This document shows positions 63,400 through 64,000 of a stretch of 64,000 bases of DNA, piece by piece. The stretch comes from Diplonema japonicum. Taxonomy: Eukaryota > Protista > Euglenozoa: Diplonemea. The translations under genes and the position numbers were made by a program. The first letter of the stretch is position 1. Each line of letters starts with the position of its first letter. The DNA lies in the NCBI GenBank assembly GCA_964019335.1, contig OZ025760.1, positions 62,001 to 126,000 on the forward strand. The letters are read 5' to 3'. Under the pieces are notes generated by a model that searched no databases, was not told the DNA's origin, and was given only the letters and a program-made list of their open reading frames with translations.

Positions 63400-64000
63400 C
63401 CTTGTTGTGTATCTTCTGTTTTTTTTTTTTTTTTTTATAGGCCATGGTGCGTTGGGCGGCTAAAAGAATTTATAAAAAAAAAAAAAAGAAGAAAGAGAGT
63501 GTAACATTTAACCATTAAAAGGACCATGAAGGCATATGTGTCCTTAAGAAAAAATGTGACACTTTTTTGTGCCCCACAGCCCTTGGACTGCCGTCTGCAT
63601 CTCCGTCTATTCAGAGGTTAGACAAAACACTTCAGCACTGGCCAATCAGCGAAGGCACTGTGAAGGCCGTGCCAAAAATCAATAAAAAGCACAATTTAAC
63701 ACCTGCAAAGCGTGCAATGTTGCCCTGTGCCATCCACTGCGTTTCTATCATCGCTGTTCTTCAGCCTCCATAATTGTTCAGGTAACAAGGGTTCTTGACC
63801 AAGTGGGAAACACACATTTAATACTCCACGTATAACAGCGATGCAAGCAAAATCAGTTAGGCAGGAAACTTCGACAGCTGACCAAGGTGGGGAGGCAAAC
63901 AGGATGCACACATCTTCGGTATTGCAGCTCATACAGCAAACTGGTGTTCTACATGAGAGTGGTCCCGGACTCGCATGTGGGATGCAGTTCGAGAGCAGAT

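Noticed and set aside
63508-64000. ttaa-ccattaaaaggacc, a possible piggyBac-like left end
   Set aside because: The partner end lies outside the window and no transposase is recognisable.

Overview
Eukaryotic nuclear DNA, most consistent with a euglenozoan protist (diplonemid-like; an inference from gene organisation and gene families). All 28 protein-coding genes I can support lie on the minus strand, as in a polycistronic, trans-spliced cluster. Spacers are rich in homopolymers. Many genes carry very short GT-AG introns that are A-rich or nearly pure poly(A) and lack a polypyrimidine tract. Contents: partial DUSP, EML/HELP WD40 protein, mucin-like membrane protein, XLF/NHEJ1, three copies of a small zinc-finger gene, SET protein, PTEN with a PI3K-type RBD-like N-terminal domain, CAMKK-like kinase with tRNA-Ser(CGA) inside its intron, two Ubl-ankyrin proteins, C20orf27-like protein, OGDH E1, two CNNM copies, RRS1, EF-hand protein, an active plus a catalytically dead porphobilinogen synthase, syntaxin, tRNA-Asn, U-box protein, FAM177 and a twin-CX9C protein. 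There is also a stand-alone intronless 3087-aa NRPS-PKS with an unusual order (A-T-KS-AT-KR-DH-ER-ACP-FSH1). Mobile DNA includes a decayed TIR transposon, a LINE fragment, four Crypton-like tyrosine-recombinase elements and two MITEs. Best candidates for new biology: the hybrid megasynthase (possible zwitterionic osmolyte synthesis), the poly(A) introns, and the hemB enzyme/pseudoenzyme pair. All family calls come from reading motifs by eye; no database searches were run, and homopolymer lengths may contain sequencing error.
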